DNA from: an uncultured virus (IMG/VR IMGVR_UViG_3300035698_034156)
Taxonomy: Duplodnaviria; Heunggongvirae; Uroviricota; Caudoviricetes
Virus record (IMG/VR): IMGVR_UViG_3300035698_034156
Length of the DNA stretch: 64,000 nt
Strand: one strand, 5' to 3'
Below, in pieces: positions 1 through 9,480 of the stretch (positions are counted from its first letter, which is position 1; every line of letters begins with the position of its first letter). Made by a program: the position numbers and the translations under genes. The notes below the pieces were generated by a model that saw only the letters and a program-made list of their open reading frames with translations, was not told where the DNA came from and did not search any database.

Positions 1-499
1 CAGTTGACTCTGTGTATTCTTCTACGGTTAATCTGTAATCTTCTTCGAACTGTTTTAAAAACTCGCTTAATACATCAACTCCAACACCTTTTCCGCTTCC
101 TGAAACTTTAATTATAAATGTATGAAGTCTTGGTTTAAGCCAACTAGCTCCAAATTTAACTTTACAACTAAGCATTTGGCTTAAAAGAATGTGAAAAATA
201 ATATCTCCATATTCTCTGTTACCAGAAACTGAACAATCCCAGTATTTTCTCCAAGATTTTTTTAATTGAATTATTTTTTTTGTTGGATTAATTGTTTGTT
301 TAACAACCTCTTGTTCATATTCTGATTGTAATTCAAGAGTGTATTTTTCCTCTTCTTCTTTTTTATAATAAGTTATTTTTTCTACTTGTTCATCCCACGA
401 TAAAGGTAAATTACTATAATCTTCGCCCCAACTTTCTTTTGGAATAAAATCAGTAGTTTTTTTGGATGTTTTTATTTTATTTTTGGTCGTTTTGTCCAC
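1..499 (-). CDS. MCM-like/AAA+ P-loop ATPase, putative replicative helicase (partial, runs off the window start)
   Basis: Not in the ORF track because it has no stop in the window. Manual translation from GTG at 499 gives ...WLKPRLHTFIIKVSGSGKGVGVDVL...EYTEST. The R-x-H-hydrophobic-SGSGK context resembles the MCM-type Walker A region. Confidence 0.6.
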   Translation of the reverse strand, partial: MDKTTKNKIKTSKKTTDFIPKESWGEDYSNLPLSWDEQVEKITYYKKEEEEKYTLELQSEYEQEVVKQTINPTKKIIQLKKSWRKYWDCSVSGNREYGDIIFHILLSQMLSCKVKFGASWLKPRLHTFIIKVSGSGKGVGVDVLSEFLKQFEEDYRLTVEEYTEST

Positions 500-725
500 C
501 CAATATTTTATTTTTATTTTTAGCTCTTTTTTTCTGTTGTTCAGGATTCCAAAAAGCTGTGTAACGCCCAAATTTTGATACGTCAGAAATTAGTTGCACT
601 TTTGAACCTTTTTCTAATTCAAGATATCGTGCCATTGGCGCAGGAACAATAATACATAGACTTTGTCCTAGTTGAACTGTTGCCCCTACATATATGATTT
701 TATCTGTTTTGTCTTGTTCGACCAT
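477..725 (-). CDS. AbrB/MazE/SpoVT-like DNA-binding protein
   Basis: GQSLCIIVPAPMARYLELEKGSKVQL swapped-hairpin pattern. Confidence 0.7.
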   Translation of the reverse strand: MVEQDKTDKIIYVGATVQLGQSLCIIVPAPMARYLELEKGSKVQLISDVSKFGRYTAFWNPEQQKKRAKNKNKILGGQNDQK

Positions 726-844
726 AGGATATTTCCCCTCCTTTTCTCCCTGTAATTTAAATTACAAAACTATTTTGATATAGAGAAAGTATATACATTC
801 CTTCTTTTAAACCTTGCTTCAAAATCAAATAAAATTAGAAAAAT

Positions 845-1063
845 CTATAAAGATTCTTTTTCTATTTTTCTCTTTGTTTCCTTTAACATTAACAAATAAG
901 ACTCTAAATCCATTATTTTTTTAGTTATTTGAATTAAAATAAATCTTTGATACTTATCCATCAAATCACCTTGAAAATCTGTTAATAATATTATTGTTGA
1001 TGCTTCACCAATCTCTTGCATCAACACGAATTTCTTGTTCTTTATCAAAACTAATAAACTCAC
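845..1063 (-). CDS. hypothetical protein
   Basis: ORF overlaps the upstream gene by 4 bp, same strand as neighbours. Confidence 0.5.
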   Translation of the reverse strand: MSLLVLIKNKKFVLMQEIGEASTIILLTDFQGDLMDKYQRFILIQITKKIMDLESYLLMLKETKRKIEKESL

Positions 1064-1452
1064 TTACCATTTGAAACCACTTTTTCCTTTAATTTGTAAC
1101 ATTCTGGACAAACATAAGTTTTATGTCCATCATTAGTGCGTAAATTCAAGTTCTTTTTCTCACAACGCTCACAATGATATTTATCTGGAAAAAACTCCTC
1201 CAACGCTATTTTAATGGGAATTTCTTCAACTGGTCTTTTCAAATCACTAACCATTTTCAATCCACCATAAGAAACTTTAATTCGCTTACTTCCATGCTGA
1301 AATCCTTGAACCCAAATAGCTAAATCATTTGGTTCATAACCTTTATCCAATGCACAAGGCAACTTGTGAGAATTTGGATAAAAATCAAATCCCTTTTTTT
1401 CACACCAATCTCTCATTGCTTTAACAATCTCAATTTCTCCCATATTAATCAC
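1060..1452 (-). CDS. hypothetical protein with C-terminal zinc finger
   Basis: CERC...CPEC. Confidence 0.6.
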   Translation of the reverse strand: MINMGEIEIVKAMRDWCEKKGFDFYPNSHKLPCALDKGYEPNDLAIWVQGFQHGSKRIKVSYGGLKMVSDLKRPVEEIPIKIALEEFFPDKYHCERCEKKNLNLRTNDGHKTYVCPECYKLKEKVVSNGK

Positions 1453-1461
1453 CTATCTATT

Positions 1462-1944
1462 TCACTTCTTTTTATATTTTTCATATATATCAACACATTT
1501 CAAAATTTGTTTTTCCGCTTTCTTTGTCATAGGCTTACGATGATTTCTCCAAAACCTTTCAGCGTCCTTTCCTGTAACAACAAGTCCAGTACTTCTTATG
1601 TCATCATTAGGCACAAGTTTTAATTCTGCTCTTAAACTATCATGAAAGAACTTAACTCCTTCTGCAAACGCATTGCAATATTCGTTTTTTTCATCAATCA
1701 TTAAAAGAGAATGAGTTATACCTTTTTTCGCAACATGTAAAATATCCAAACTAACTTTTTTCTTAAAATCTTCATATTCTGTTTTAGGAATGCAAGGAAC
1801 AAATGGTGTTTCTGAATAAGCACAATAAGGTTCTTTGATTACTCTTTGACCAATAACCATATTAATTCCTGAACCTTTCATACTGTCAATAACATCTGTC
1901 TTTTTACTACCAACCTTAAAACCTAACCATTTACTTTTTGTCAT
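1462..1944 (-). CDS. hypothetical protein
   Basis: ORF abuts neighbours in the operon. Confidence 0.6.
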   Translation of the reverse strand: MTKSKWLGFKVGSKKTDVIDSMKGSGINMVIGQRVIKEPYCAYSETPFVPCIPKTEYEDFKKKVSLDILHVAKKGITHSLLMIDEKNEYCNAFAEGVKFFHDSLRAELKLVPNDDIRSTGLVVTGKDAERFWRNHRKPMTKKAEKQILKCVDIYEKYKKK

Positions 1945-2766
1945 TTAAAACACACCCTTTGAATTTTTCAAAATCACAATTAAACGGAAAATACTAAGCT
2001 TAATAAACTCAAAATTCCTTAATTCAAATGCCTTTCTTAAAAAAATCGGTATTAATCTAATATATTCTTTCATCGTAGGTTTTGATTCCATACTTATTAT
2101 TTTAAGCATTCTATCACTTTCATTTGGATAAAATCTTCTTAAAACTTTAATAGTGTTATCAAAAGAATTAGGTTTCTGTTCTCTTAACTGAATTAAACAA
2201 TCTCCCAATATCATCATTCTTCCTTTTTTCATCATTCTTTGAAATAATTCATAGTCTTGTGTTACCACAAAACTTTCGTCATAAAATAAATTAACACTTT
2301 TTCGAAATAATACACTTGAATGAATAAATGGGTCTCCGAAATACATAGCAATACATGCATTATTACTAGCTTTTGCAATTTTCATCTTTGGGTACTGTCC
2401 TGTTGTTCCCACCATAACTAAATTTGGATTTCCACCCATTTCTTTAACTTGCTTTTTAAGTTTATCTTTATCCCAAATATCCCCACAATTTGCAATAGCT
2501 ATAAACCTTCCTTTTGATAATCTTAAACCAATATTCAGTGTTTTTGTTAATCTTTTATTCTCTTTATTTAATACTTTTTTAATTCTTTTATCTTGCATTG
2601 AATCAATAATCTTTTGTGAATTATCTGTTGAACCATCATTCAATATTATAAGTTCAAACTCTTGTAATGACTGATTACAAATATTCTCTATTGTTTGTTT
2701 TACATTTTCCTCCTCATTAAACACTGGAAGAATCACACTAACAATTATAAAATCATTTTCTTTCAT
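1945..2766 (-). CDS. glycosyltransferase family 2
   Basis: VSVILPVFNEE, LIILNDGSTD, QDYELF; start moved to ATG 2766 to avoid overlap. Confidence 0.9.
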   Translation of the reverse strand: MKENDFIIVSVILPVFNEEENVKQTIENICNQSLQEFELIILNDGSTDNSQKIIDSMQDKRIKKVLNKENKRLTKTLNIGLRLSKGRFIAIANCGDIWDKDKLKKQVKEMGGNPNLVMVGTTGQYPKMKIAKASNNACIAMYFGDPFIHSSVLFRKSVNLFYDESFVVTQDYELFQRMMKKGRMMILGDCLIQLREQKPNSFDNTIKVLRRFYPNESDRMLKIISMESKPTMKEYIRLIPIFLRKAFELRNFEFIKLSIFRLIVILKNSKGVF

Positions 2767-2770
2767 TTTT

Positions 2771-3706
2771 TCACCCAAACCATTTAACAAACCTTTCAAT
2801 TCCTTCTTCTAACCCTACTTTCGGAGTCCACCCAAGTAATCTTTTTGCCTTTGAATTATCTGCAAATGTTATTTGCACATCTCCTTTTGGCACTGGTCGT
2901 TCTTCAATAATCGCTTTCTTTCCAACAACCTTTTCTATTATGTGAATTAAATTGTTTAATGTTACTGGAAAACTACTTCCTAAATTAATTATCTCAAATT
3001 CAAAATCTTTTCCTAAAGTTAACACTATTCCCTGCACTATATCATCAACATAAGTAAAATCTCTTTTCATGTCTCCTTTACCATATTTTTGAATAAATTG
3101 TCCATTAATAATATTTTCAGTAAACTTAAAAATAGCCATATCTGGTCTTCCTCTTGAACCATAAACAGTGAAAAACCTTAAGCATACAATAGGTAATTTA
3201 CATCCTTTCGCCCAAAATTTACATATTGATTCACATATTCCTTTTGTTGAAGCATAAGGTGAAAAAACTTTTGTTATTTCCTGGTCTTCTTTAAATGGAA
3301 CTCTGTTTGCTCCATAAACGCTTGAAGAAGAAGCAAATATGAATTGTTTTATTTTATATTTTGTAGACAATTTTAACAAATTAATTGTTCCAACCACATT
3401 TACTTTATAATAAATCTCTGGTGTTTCAAACGAAGCTCTTACTCCAACACATCCAGCTAAATGAATAACCTTTTCTATATTATTTTCAAAAAACACTTTC
3501 CCCATTTCTTTTTCATCTGTTATATCAGTTCGTATTAACTTAAAATTAGAATTATCTTTGAAACTTGAAATATTATTCTCTTTAATTTTTGGATTATAAT
3601 AATCACTAAAATTATCCACTCCAATAACATTCCAACCTTCACTTAACAATCTTTCAGTTAAATTTGAACCAATAAAACCAGCACAACCAGTTACTAAAAT
3701 ATTCAT
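2771..3706 (-). CDS. NAD-dependent sugar epimerase (UDP-glucuronate 4-epimerase-like extended SDR)
   Basis: ILVTGCAGFIGS, ASSSSVYG, YASTK, RFFTVYG..GRPDMA, RDFTYVDD. Confidence 0.92.
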   Translation of the reverse strand: MNILVTGCAGFIGSNLTERLLSEGWNVIGVDNFSDYYNPKIKENNISSFKDNSNFKLIRTDITDEKEMGKVFFENNIEKVIHLAGCVGVRASFETPEIYYKVNVVGTINLLKLSTKYKIKQFIFASSSSVYGANRVPFKEDQEITKVFSPYASTKGICESICKFWAKGCKLPIVCLRFFTVYGSRGRPDMAIFKFTENIINGQFIQKYGKGDMKRDFTYVDDIVQGIVLTLGKDFEFEIINLGSSFPVTLNNLIHIIEKVVGKKAIIEERPVPKGDVQITFADNSKAKRLLGWTPKVGLEEGIERFVKWFG

Positions 3707-4185
3707 GGTCTTAATCTCCCTTCAATTATTGTAGACTGTAAAAACAAGTCTTTTGAAATAAAACTAAATCTTTCCCAAAAATGACCAGTTTTCTTTAATT
3801 TCACATCAAAACCAGATAATTCAAAATAATTTTTTAATTCAGTTGACTTAATTAAAAAAGAATGATTAATATGCCAACCTTGTTTTTGTCTAAACACTCC
3901 AAACAAATAGGCTATTCTATGCTTCCAATAAAAATGATTATGTGTAATTAACTTAATCTCTCCATTTGGCTTTAATATTCTTTTACATTCAAAAACAAAA
4001 AATGAAAGTTCACAATGTAAATGTTCTATTACACAATTACTAACTATTTTATCAATACTCGAATCTTGAAAATCCCACTTTTTATTTAAATTCATTACTT
4101 TATCTGGATTAAGTGAAGCATCACAATCAATATTTATTGCTCCATTCAACTTCTTTGAACCACACCCTAAATTAACAATTTTCAT
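3703..4185 (-). CDS. class I SAM-dependent methyltransferase (glycan-locus type)
   Basis: VNLGCG, VIEHL, RILKPNG. Confidence 0.85.
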   Translation of the reverse strand: MKIVNLGCGSKKLNGAINIDCDASLNPDKVMNLNKKWDFQDSSIDKIVSNCVIEHLHCELSFFVFECKRILKPNGEIKLITHNHFYWKHRIAYLFGVFRQKQGWHINHSFLIKSTELKNYFELSGFDVKLKKTGHFWERFSFISKDLFLQSTIIEGRLRP

Positions 4186-4685
4186 TGTTTCACCTTTTTT
4201 AGTCTTATTTCAAATATTCTTGCTGGTAACCATTGACTTAAATGGGTATCAAAAAAACAAGGATGCGCATTAATTAAAGGTTCTAGGAATTTTAAGTATC
4301 TTAATTTTATTTTTGTTTCAATTATTTCAAAACAAGTTTTTGATTCATAAGAATTATATGAATCTTTTGTAAATGAAAGAAATGAAATTGGTGCGTAAGC
4401 CTTAATATGAAACGGATTTGCTAATGCTTGAAAATTACTAAAATGAATTGTTGTAATTAATAATTCACCATTTAGTTTTAATATCCTATAACATTCATTC
4501 ATGAAATTGGTTATATTCAACAAATGTTCTATTGTTTCATAACTTTGAATAAACTCAATCGAATCATTTTCAAAAGGAAATCGTTCCATAAAACTAAACT
4601 GTTTATCAGGGTTAACAAGTGGATTAATATCGCAGTTAACAAAACCTGCACATTTCCGTTGACCGACACCAAGATTTAATTTCAT
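4182..4685 (-). CDS. class I SAM-dependent methyltransferase (glycan-locus type)
   Basis: LNLGVG, TIEHL, ECYRILKLNG. Confidence 0.85.
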   Translation of the reverse strand: MKLNLGVGQRKCAGFVNCDINPLVNPDKQFSFMERFPFENDSIEFIQSYETIEHLLNITNFMNECYRILKLNGELLITTIHFSNFQALANPFHIKAYAPISFLSFTKDSYNSYESKTCFEIIETKIKLRYLKFLEPLINAHPCFFDTHLSQWLPARIFEIRLKKVKQ

Positions 4686-4700
4686 TTACCATCACCATTT

Positions 4701-5405
4701 TTATTCTTCCACCTTTGGCGCAACCCACGCTTCTATTTCTACAACATCTTCAATGGATGAAAAATGAATCGGTTTATTATTCCCAAACTCCACCAATATT
4801 TTTGAACTTGGAGGGAGAACATCTTTTATGTAATCAGTTGGAAATATTGCTCTTCCATTTTCTATTTTCTCCATTTTATCAATTTTAATTTTTGTTTTGG
4901 TTTTTCCTTTAGCAGATGTTCCTGTTAAACTAAATACATTATCATTAACTAAAAAGTTAACATATTTTGAAACCAGTTCTACTATTGAAATAGCATTATA
5001 TATTTGTTCTCTTTTAACATCGATAGAAATTGATGGCACTGATTTTGGCGGGTCAACTTTTTTATCTTCCACATCAATCATGTGGTAATCAAATTTTGTT
5101 GTTGAAGACGATATTAGAATTGTATTGGTTCCTGAAGATAATGTTATTATTTCATCGTCTGGAAAATTTGATATTAGAGTTGAAAAAAATGTAAAATCTA
5201 CTCCTAATTTTTCACCTTTTTCATCAACTTCAAACTCTTTAAATTCTGACTTAGGTAAAGTCACTCTTATCATTGAAATTTGACTTTCATCTAAACCTCT
5301 GTATTTCATACCTTCTTTATTGAAGATAATATTTCCTTCTTTTACTGTTTTAGCAGTATAAGTTAGAACTTTTTTTAGTAAACTTGCTTTGCACGAAACT
5401 TTCAC
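4701..5405 (-). CDS. pcn: PCNA sliding clamp
   Basis: 234 aa; EGNIIFNKEGMKYRGLDESQISMIRVTLP..FKEF, LGVDF, PIHF and terminal WVAPKVEE match the archaeal PCNA pattern. Confidence 0.92.
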   Translation of the reverse strand: MKVSCKASLLKKVLTYTAKTVKEGNIIFNKEGMKYRGLDESQISMIRVTLPKSEFKEFEVDEKGEKLGVDFTFFSTLISNFPDDEIITLSSGTNTILISSSTTKFDYHMIDVEDKKVDPPKSVPSISIDVKREQIYNAISIVELVSKYVNFLVNDNVFSLTGTSAKGKTKTKIKIDKMEKIENGRAIFPTDYIKDVLPPSSKILVEFGNNKPIHFSSIEDVVEIEAWVAPKVEE

Positions 5406-5424
5406 CTTTTCTCCCTCCTTTTGG

Positions 5425-5565
5425 TTAATTCGTTTGTTTGAGGACTATTTCGTTATTGGATTCTATTACTGCCAGATTTGTTCCTTTTTCCCATCCCTTA
5501 AGTCTAATGATTTCTCTTGGTATGGTTATGAAATAACGCCCTTTGGTTTCTTGTATTTTCACCAC
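5425..5565 (-). CDS. AbrB/SpoVT-like DNA-binding protein
   Basis: Likely start GTG 5565 after AGGAGG; KIQETKGRYFITIPREIIRLKGWEKGTNL. Confidence 0.75.
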   Translation of the reverse strand: MVKIQETKGRYFITIPREIIRLKGWEKGTNLAVIESNNEIVLKQTN

Positions 5566-5601
5566 TATAATTCCTCCTATCTCAACGAATCTTCCAATAA
5601 T

Positions 5602-5625
5602 ATTAGACATTAGACATTTTAAATA
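5602..5625 (-). promoter_or_regulatory. TATA-like TATTTAAA fused to AAATGTCTAATG motif (shared candidate operator)
   Basis: CATTAGACATTT at 5608-5619; identical 12-mer at 34430-34441 and 42348-42359, inverted at 34916-34927. Confidence 0.55.
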
Positions 5626-5633
5626 GGTTTCGG

Positions 5634-5792
5634 TTATTTTCGGTGATAATCTTGAAATAGGTTCCAATTTGGAATATTTATGTATTTATAGCTATTAGCG
5701 AAGGTTTTGGTAAACTCTTTATCTACCCTTAAAGACAATTCGATATCACCAATAAAATTTTTTACAAATGATGTTAATTGATTATCCTTCAT
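5634..5792 (-). CDS. small hypothetical protein (52 aa)
   Basis: Manual translation MKDNQLTSFVKNFIGDIEL...; below ORF-track cutoff. Confidence 0.35.
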   Translation of the reverse strand: MKDNQLTSFVKNFIGDIELSLRVDKEFTKTFANSYKYINIPNWNLFQDYHRK

Positions 5793-5907
5793 GTAAATAT
5801 ATACGCTTTAATTATATTTAAATGTTTCTACTCTGATTTAAACATTGTTTGAATTTTATTAAATGCACAATTAAAAATATGTAACCCTAACTCTAAATTA
5901 ACCATTT

Positions 5908-6606
5908 CTAACTCTCCTTTGTATAAAAACTAAGTAAAAATCCTTTAACTAAAAAAGTTCCCATTTGATTTATTACTTTTGTTTTTGACTCTCCAAATGG
6001 TCTTTCTTTAAAATAAATTGGAATCTCTCCAATTTTAAACTTATGTCTATATGATTGAACAACCATCTCAACCAAAAAAAAGTTTTGTTTATCAGTTGGA
6101 CTAATTGTTTCCCAAACTACTTTTTTCATTGCCCTAAAATTAAGTGAATAATCAGAAAAAGGCGTACCATTAATCATTCCAAGATACCAATTTCCCCACT
6201 TACTTATCAAATATCGAATATTTGCAGTAAATGTCTTTCTTTGATAATCCAAATATTTTGACCCAATTACCATGTCATAATTACTTTTCTCCATAAACTT
6301 TAGTAATTTTGGAATTTCTATTGCATCAATTTGGTTATCTGCATCCACTGAAAGCAAAACATCACCAGTTGCTAAACCATACCCAATTGCAAGAGCATCT
6401 CCAATGCCCTTCTTCTCACGTTTTGCAAGCACAACATCACAATCAGACACCCCACAAACAATACTCACTGTTTCATCAGTACTTATTCCATCAACAACAA
6501 CTATCTCAAAATCCCTATCTTTCATTACCTTAATTATTTCTGGAATAAGAATCTTAATATTTTTTGCTTCATTATAAACTGGTAAAATAATTGAAATCTT
6601 AGTCAC
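5908..6606 (-). CDS. polyprenol-phosphate glycosyltransferase (DPM1-like GT2)
   Basis: SIILPVYNEAKNI, VVDGISTD, VDADNQ, VIGSKY, EIPIYFKERPFGESK. Confidence 0.88.
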   Translation of the reverse strand: MTKISIILPVYNEAKNIKILIPEIIKVMKDRDFEIVVVDGISTDETVSIVCGVSDCDVVLAKREKKGIGDALAIGYGLATGDVLLSVDADNQIDAIEIPKLLKFMEKSNYDMVIGSKYLDYQRKTFTANIRYLISKWGNWYLGMINGTPFSDYSLNFRAMKKVVWETISPTDKQNFFLVEMVVQSYRHKFKIGEIPIYFKERPFGESKTKVINQMGTFLVKGFLLSFYTKES

Positions 6607-8207
6607 TTAATTCCCTCCAATTTATCTTCCATTTTGTAAACCAAAATATTCTTTACTATTAATACTGGGATTTTATCTAACTTTGGAAACTTTTGAATAT
6701 CTATTACTACATAATCTACCTTAATATTAGATATACATTCAATACATTTTGATTCAAATAACTCCTTTTTTATTTGTCCTTTTTGTATTTCTTCAAAATA
6801 ATCTTTATTTTTTGTTATTAAACGATAATCTAATGGTAAAAACCATCCTTCTTTTACATTAAAAGGAATCTTATTTGACAATTCAGCTATCTTTGAACTA
6901 CTCACTCCTAAAAATAATACTGTTTTTAACTCTGAATCAAACTCTTTAAACTCTATTGCAAACTGTGATTCTTCCAATGAAATTTTTGACCCTAGCATTC
7001 TATCTCTTAAATAACTTGAACCACTAAAACCAATTAGTAAAAATAAAACTAAAATTACTTGTATTATTTTTTGTTTTCTTTTATTTAACTTAAGCTCTGT
7101 CAAACATATTGATATAAACAATATTGCTCCAAACGAATAAAGCCATGGGAAAACATTCTCTACTGTTATTTTAAATATAAATGTTATAAAATAAAATATA
7201 CTCCCAACTAAAAATATTGTTAAAACAAATGCTTTTTCTTTTGAATAATATTGTTTTTGTATACTAAACCCAATTGCTAAAATAAACAATACTAATGGTG
7301 TCCATCCTAAGTTTAATAAATATCCTAAAGTAAATGATGGTAATTGTGTTAGACTAACAACATTAGAAGAAACACTTGCAATTCTTTCAAACAACATATT
7401 CTTTAAGTACACTGAATAATTCTGAATAAATGCAGGTAATGCTAATAAACCAAATGGAATTACTTTTATTATTGACTTTAATTCACTTGAATTAAACAAT
7501 AAATAAACACTTAACAATAAAATCAAGTTAACAAAATAACCAGCGTGAACCATTATTAATGCTGGAAAAATTAAGTAACGAGCAACATTCTTCTTTTTAT
7601 GCAAATACAAAAATGCTAAAATTAAACAACTCGCTAATATTCTCGGCATCATTCCAAAAAAGAAATTAATGTAAACCACTTTTGTTCCAATAAACAAAAT
7701 CGAAGCCCAAATTCCTGCTTGTTTTGAACCCAACAATTCTTTTGAAACTAAATAAAATAGTATTGTTTCAATTCCAACTAATATCAATCCAAGTAACCAT
7801 ATTACTTGATAATCTTCTAAGAAAAACAATGGTTTACTCATTGTTTGTGATAATAATGCAAATCCTATTTGATAAGAAAATGAAATATCTGAATAAGGAG
7901 CATAAGTTTGTGGGATTCTTTCATCCATTTCTAAAGTACGATGATTTATTGTATGAATTACATCATTTGAACCCATATAAAAAGGATGAATTAAAAGAAA
8001 TGGAACAGCACAAATTACTACCACAATCAAAGCCGATAAAAGAACTTCAATAGGAATCTTTTCAACAGGCAACTTTGCTTTCACAATAACAATCCAAGTC
8101 AACGGAAGTGACAAAGCCAACACAACCCAAGGGTCAAGAAAAACAAAACCAATCCAATAAGCCACCAAGACAACCATGACAGCAAACAACAAAGCCTTAA
8201 TTTCCAT
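6603..8207 (-). CDS. multi-pass membrane protein, probable GT-C glycosyltransferase
   Basis: About 12 hydrophobic segments, loop motif GSNDVIH, C-terminal soluble domain ending VDYVVID; next to DPM1-like gene. Confidence 0.6.
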   Translation of the reverse strand: MEIKALLFAVMVVLVAYWIGFVFLDPWVVLALSLPLTWIVIVKAKLPVEKIPIEVLLSALIVVVICAVPFLLIHPFYMGSNDVIHTINHRTLEMDERIPQTYAPYSDISFSYQIGFALLSQTMSKPLFFLEDYQVIWLLGLILVGIETILFYLVSKELLGSKQAGIWASILFIGTKVVYINFFFGMMPRILASCLILAFLYLHKKKNVARYLIFPALIMVHAGYFVNLILLLSVYLLFNSSELKSIIKVIPFGLLALPAFIQNYSVYLKNMLFERIASVSSNVVSLTQLPSFTLGYLLNLGWTPLVLFILAIGFSIQKQYYSKEKAFVLTIFLVGSIFYFITFIFKITVENVFPWLYSFGAILFISICLTELKLNKRKQKIIQVILVLFLLIGFSGSSYLRDRMLGSKISLEESQFAIEFKEFDSELKTVLFLGVSSSKIAELSNKIPFNVKEGWFLPLDYRLITKNKDYFEEIQKGQIKKELFESKCIECISNIKVDYVVIDIQKFPKLDKIPVLIVKNILVYKMEDKLEGIK

Positions 8208-8811
8208 TTTTCATCAACTCCTCTTTTCTACAATCATATCTTGCAATAAAATTTAAACAAAACAAAAAAGGCAAACAAGGAACAGTTGTATACTCTAATG
8301 GTTTACCAAGCAAACGAACAAAGTCACTTGGCTTAAACGAGTTAACATGGTTTGGGTAACGAATAGGAAACCTTGCAGTGCAAAGCCTTCCTAGTGTTAA
8401 AACCTTTTCATTTGGAAAACTTATTACTATACTTCCATTAACCACTCTCTTAATTTCCCCAATAACTGTTTTATAATCTGGAATGTGTTCAAGAATTTCA
8501 GAAGCAATCACTAAATCAAAAAAGTTATCCTCAAAAGGCAAAGAAACAACATCACACTCTTTAATAGTACAATCAAAACCCTTCTCTTTCGCTAACTGTA
8601 TTCTTTCAGATGAAATCTCTGCTCCAAACAATTCAGCATCACACTTCTTTGAAAGCTTTTCCAACAAAAATCCTTCCCCACAACCAATCTCCAAAACTCT
8701 CTTTGGATTAGCTCGCAAAACCATTTCAATTACTTCTTCTGCTCTTTTATTATGTCCATATCTTACAAGTGGGTGTTTTGAATTATACATTTCTTCTTGT
8801 GAATTATTCAT
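8197..8811 (-). CDS. class I SAM-dependent methyltransferase
   Basis: VLEIGCGEG, LPFEDNFFDLVIASEILEH. Confidence 0.92.
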   Translation of the reverse strand: MNNSQEEMYNSKHPLVRYGHNKRAEEVIEMVLRANPKRVLEIGCGEGFLLEKLSKKCDAELFGAEISSERIQLAKEKGFDCTIKECDVVSLPFEDNFFDLVIASEILEHIPDYKTVIGEIKRVVNGSIVISFPNEKVLTLGRLCTARFPIRYPNHVNSFKPSDFVRLLGKPLEYTTVPCLPFLFCLNFIARYDCRKEELMKNGN

Positions 8812-8822
8812 CTATAACTTCC

Positions 8823-9038
8823 TCAATCGTCCCAATCCGAATAAAGTTGTCCTGAATCACTCCAACGATTTGGATTATCAACATCATCATGTTTGTCAAC
8901 CATTTCAAGCCAAAACTCATCTCCGTGATGTTGTTCATCTTGTTTTAACTTTTCATATTGTTCTTTTGTTAATTCTAGTTTTATTTCCCAATTCATTATT
9001 CTTTCAACATCAATATAGACTGTTTTCTTTTCTTCCAC
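8823..9038 (-). CDS. small acidic hypothetical protein
   Basis: ORF in operon order. Confidence 0.55.
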   Translation of the reverse strand: MEEKKTVYIDVERIMNWEIKLELTKEQYEKLKQDEQHHGDEFWLEMVDKHDDVDNPNRWSDSGQLYSDWDD

Positions 9039-9040
9039 TT

Positions 9041-9253
9041 TTAATCATCTCCTTCTTTAATTTCTGATGTTCCTAATAATTCAACACATGTTAAAAAACA
9101 ATTTTTATCCTGATTCCAAATATTAGGACTACAAGCCATGTCGCATCCTTTTATTTCAGAAGCTTTATTATTCGCAAAAATTTCTGTCATAGCAAAACAA
9201 ACAAACATTACACATATAATAATAGAAAACCAACCAAAAATTCCAATTTCCAT
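9041..9253 (-). CDS. small membrane protein with Cys-rich ectodomain
   Basis: N-terminal hydrophobic helix, CDMAC...CFLTC. Confidence 0.6.
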   Translation of the reverse strand: MEIGIFGWFSIIICVMFVCFAMTEIFANNKASEIKGCDMACSPNIWNQDKNCFLTCVELLGTSEIKEGDD

Positions 9254-9345
9254 TTAACTCAACTCCTTTGGGACGAACACAACGCATTAATTCGAGTATG
9301 TCGCCCATTTTTGGGCGAACATACGAATTCGCAATTATTTTATTT

Positions 9346-9471
9346 TCATTCCATCACTAAGAAAGGTTTTTCTTCTGTAAAATATCTTTTACATTTAGGA
9401 CACTGTTTTGGTTTTTCCTTTCTTGGGTGCCATTCATATTCACAAAAAGGACACTTTAGTTCTGTTGTCAT
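9346..9471 (-). CDS. zinc-ribbon microprotein (41 aa)
   Basis: Manual translation MTTELKCPFCEYEWHPRKEKPKQCPKCKRYF...; CxxC-W-x-PR-CPxC type; purine-rich SD-like GGTGAAAGGA upstream. Confidence 0.75.
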   Translation of the reverse strand: MTTELKCPFCEYEWHPRKEKPKQCPKCKRYFTEEKPFLVME

Positions 9472-9480
9472 TCCTTTCAC

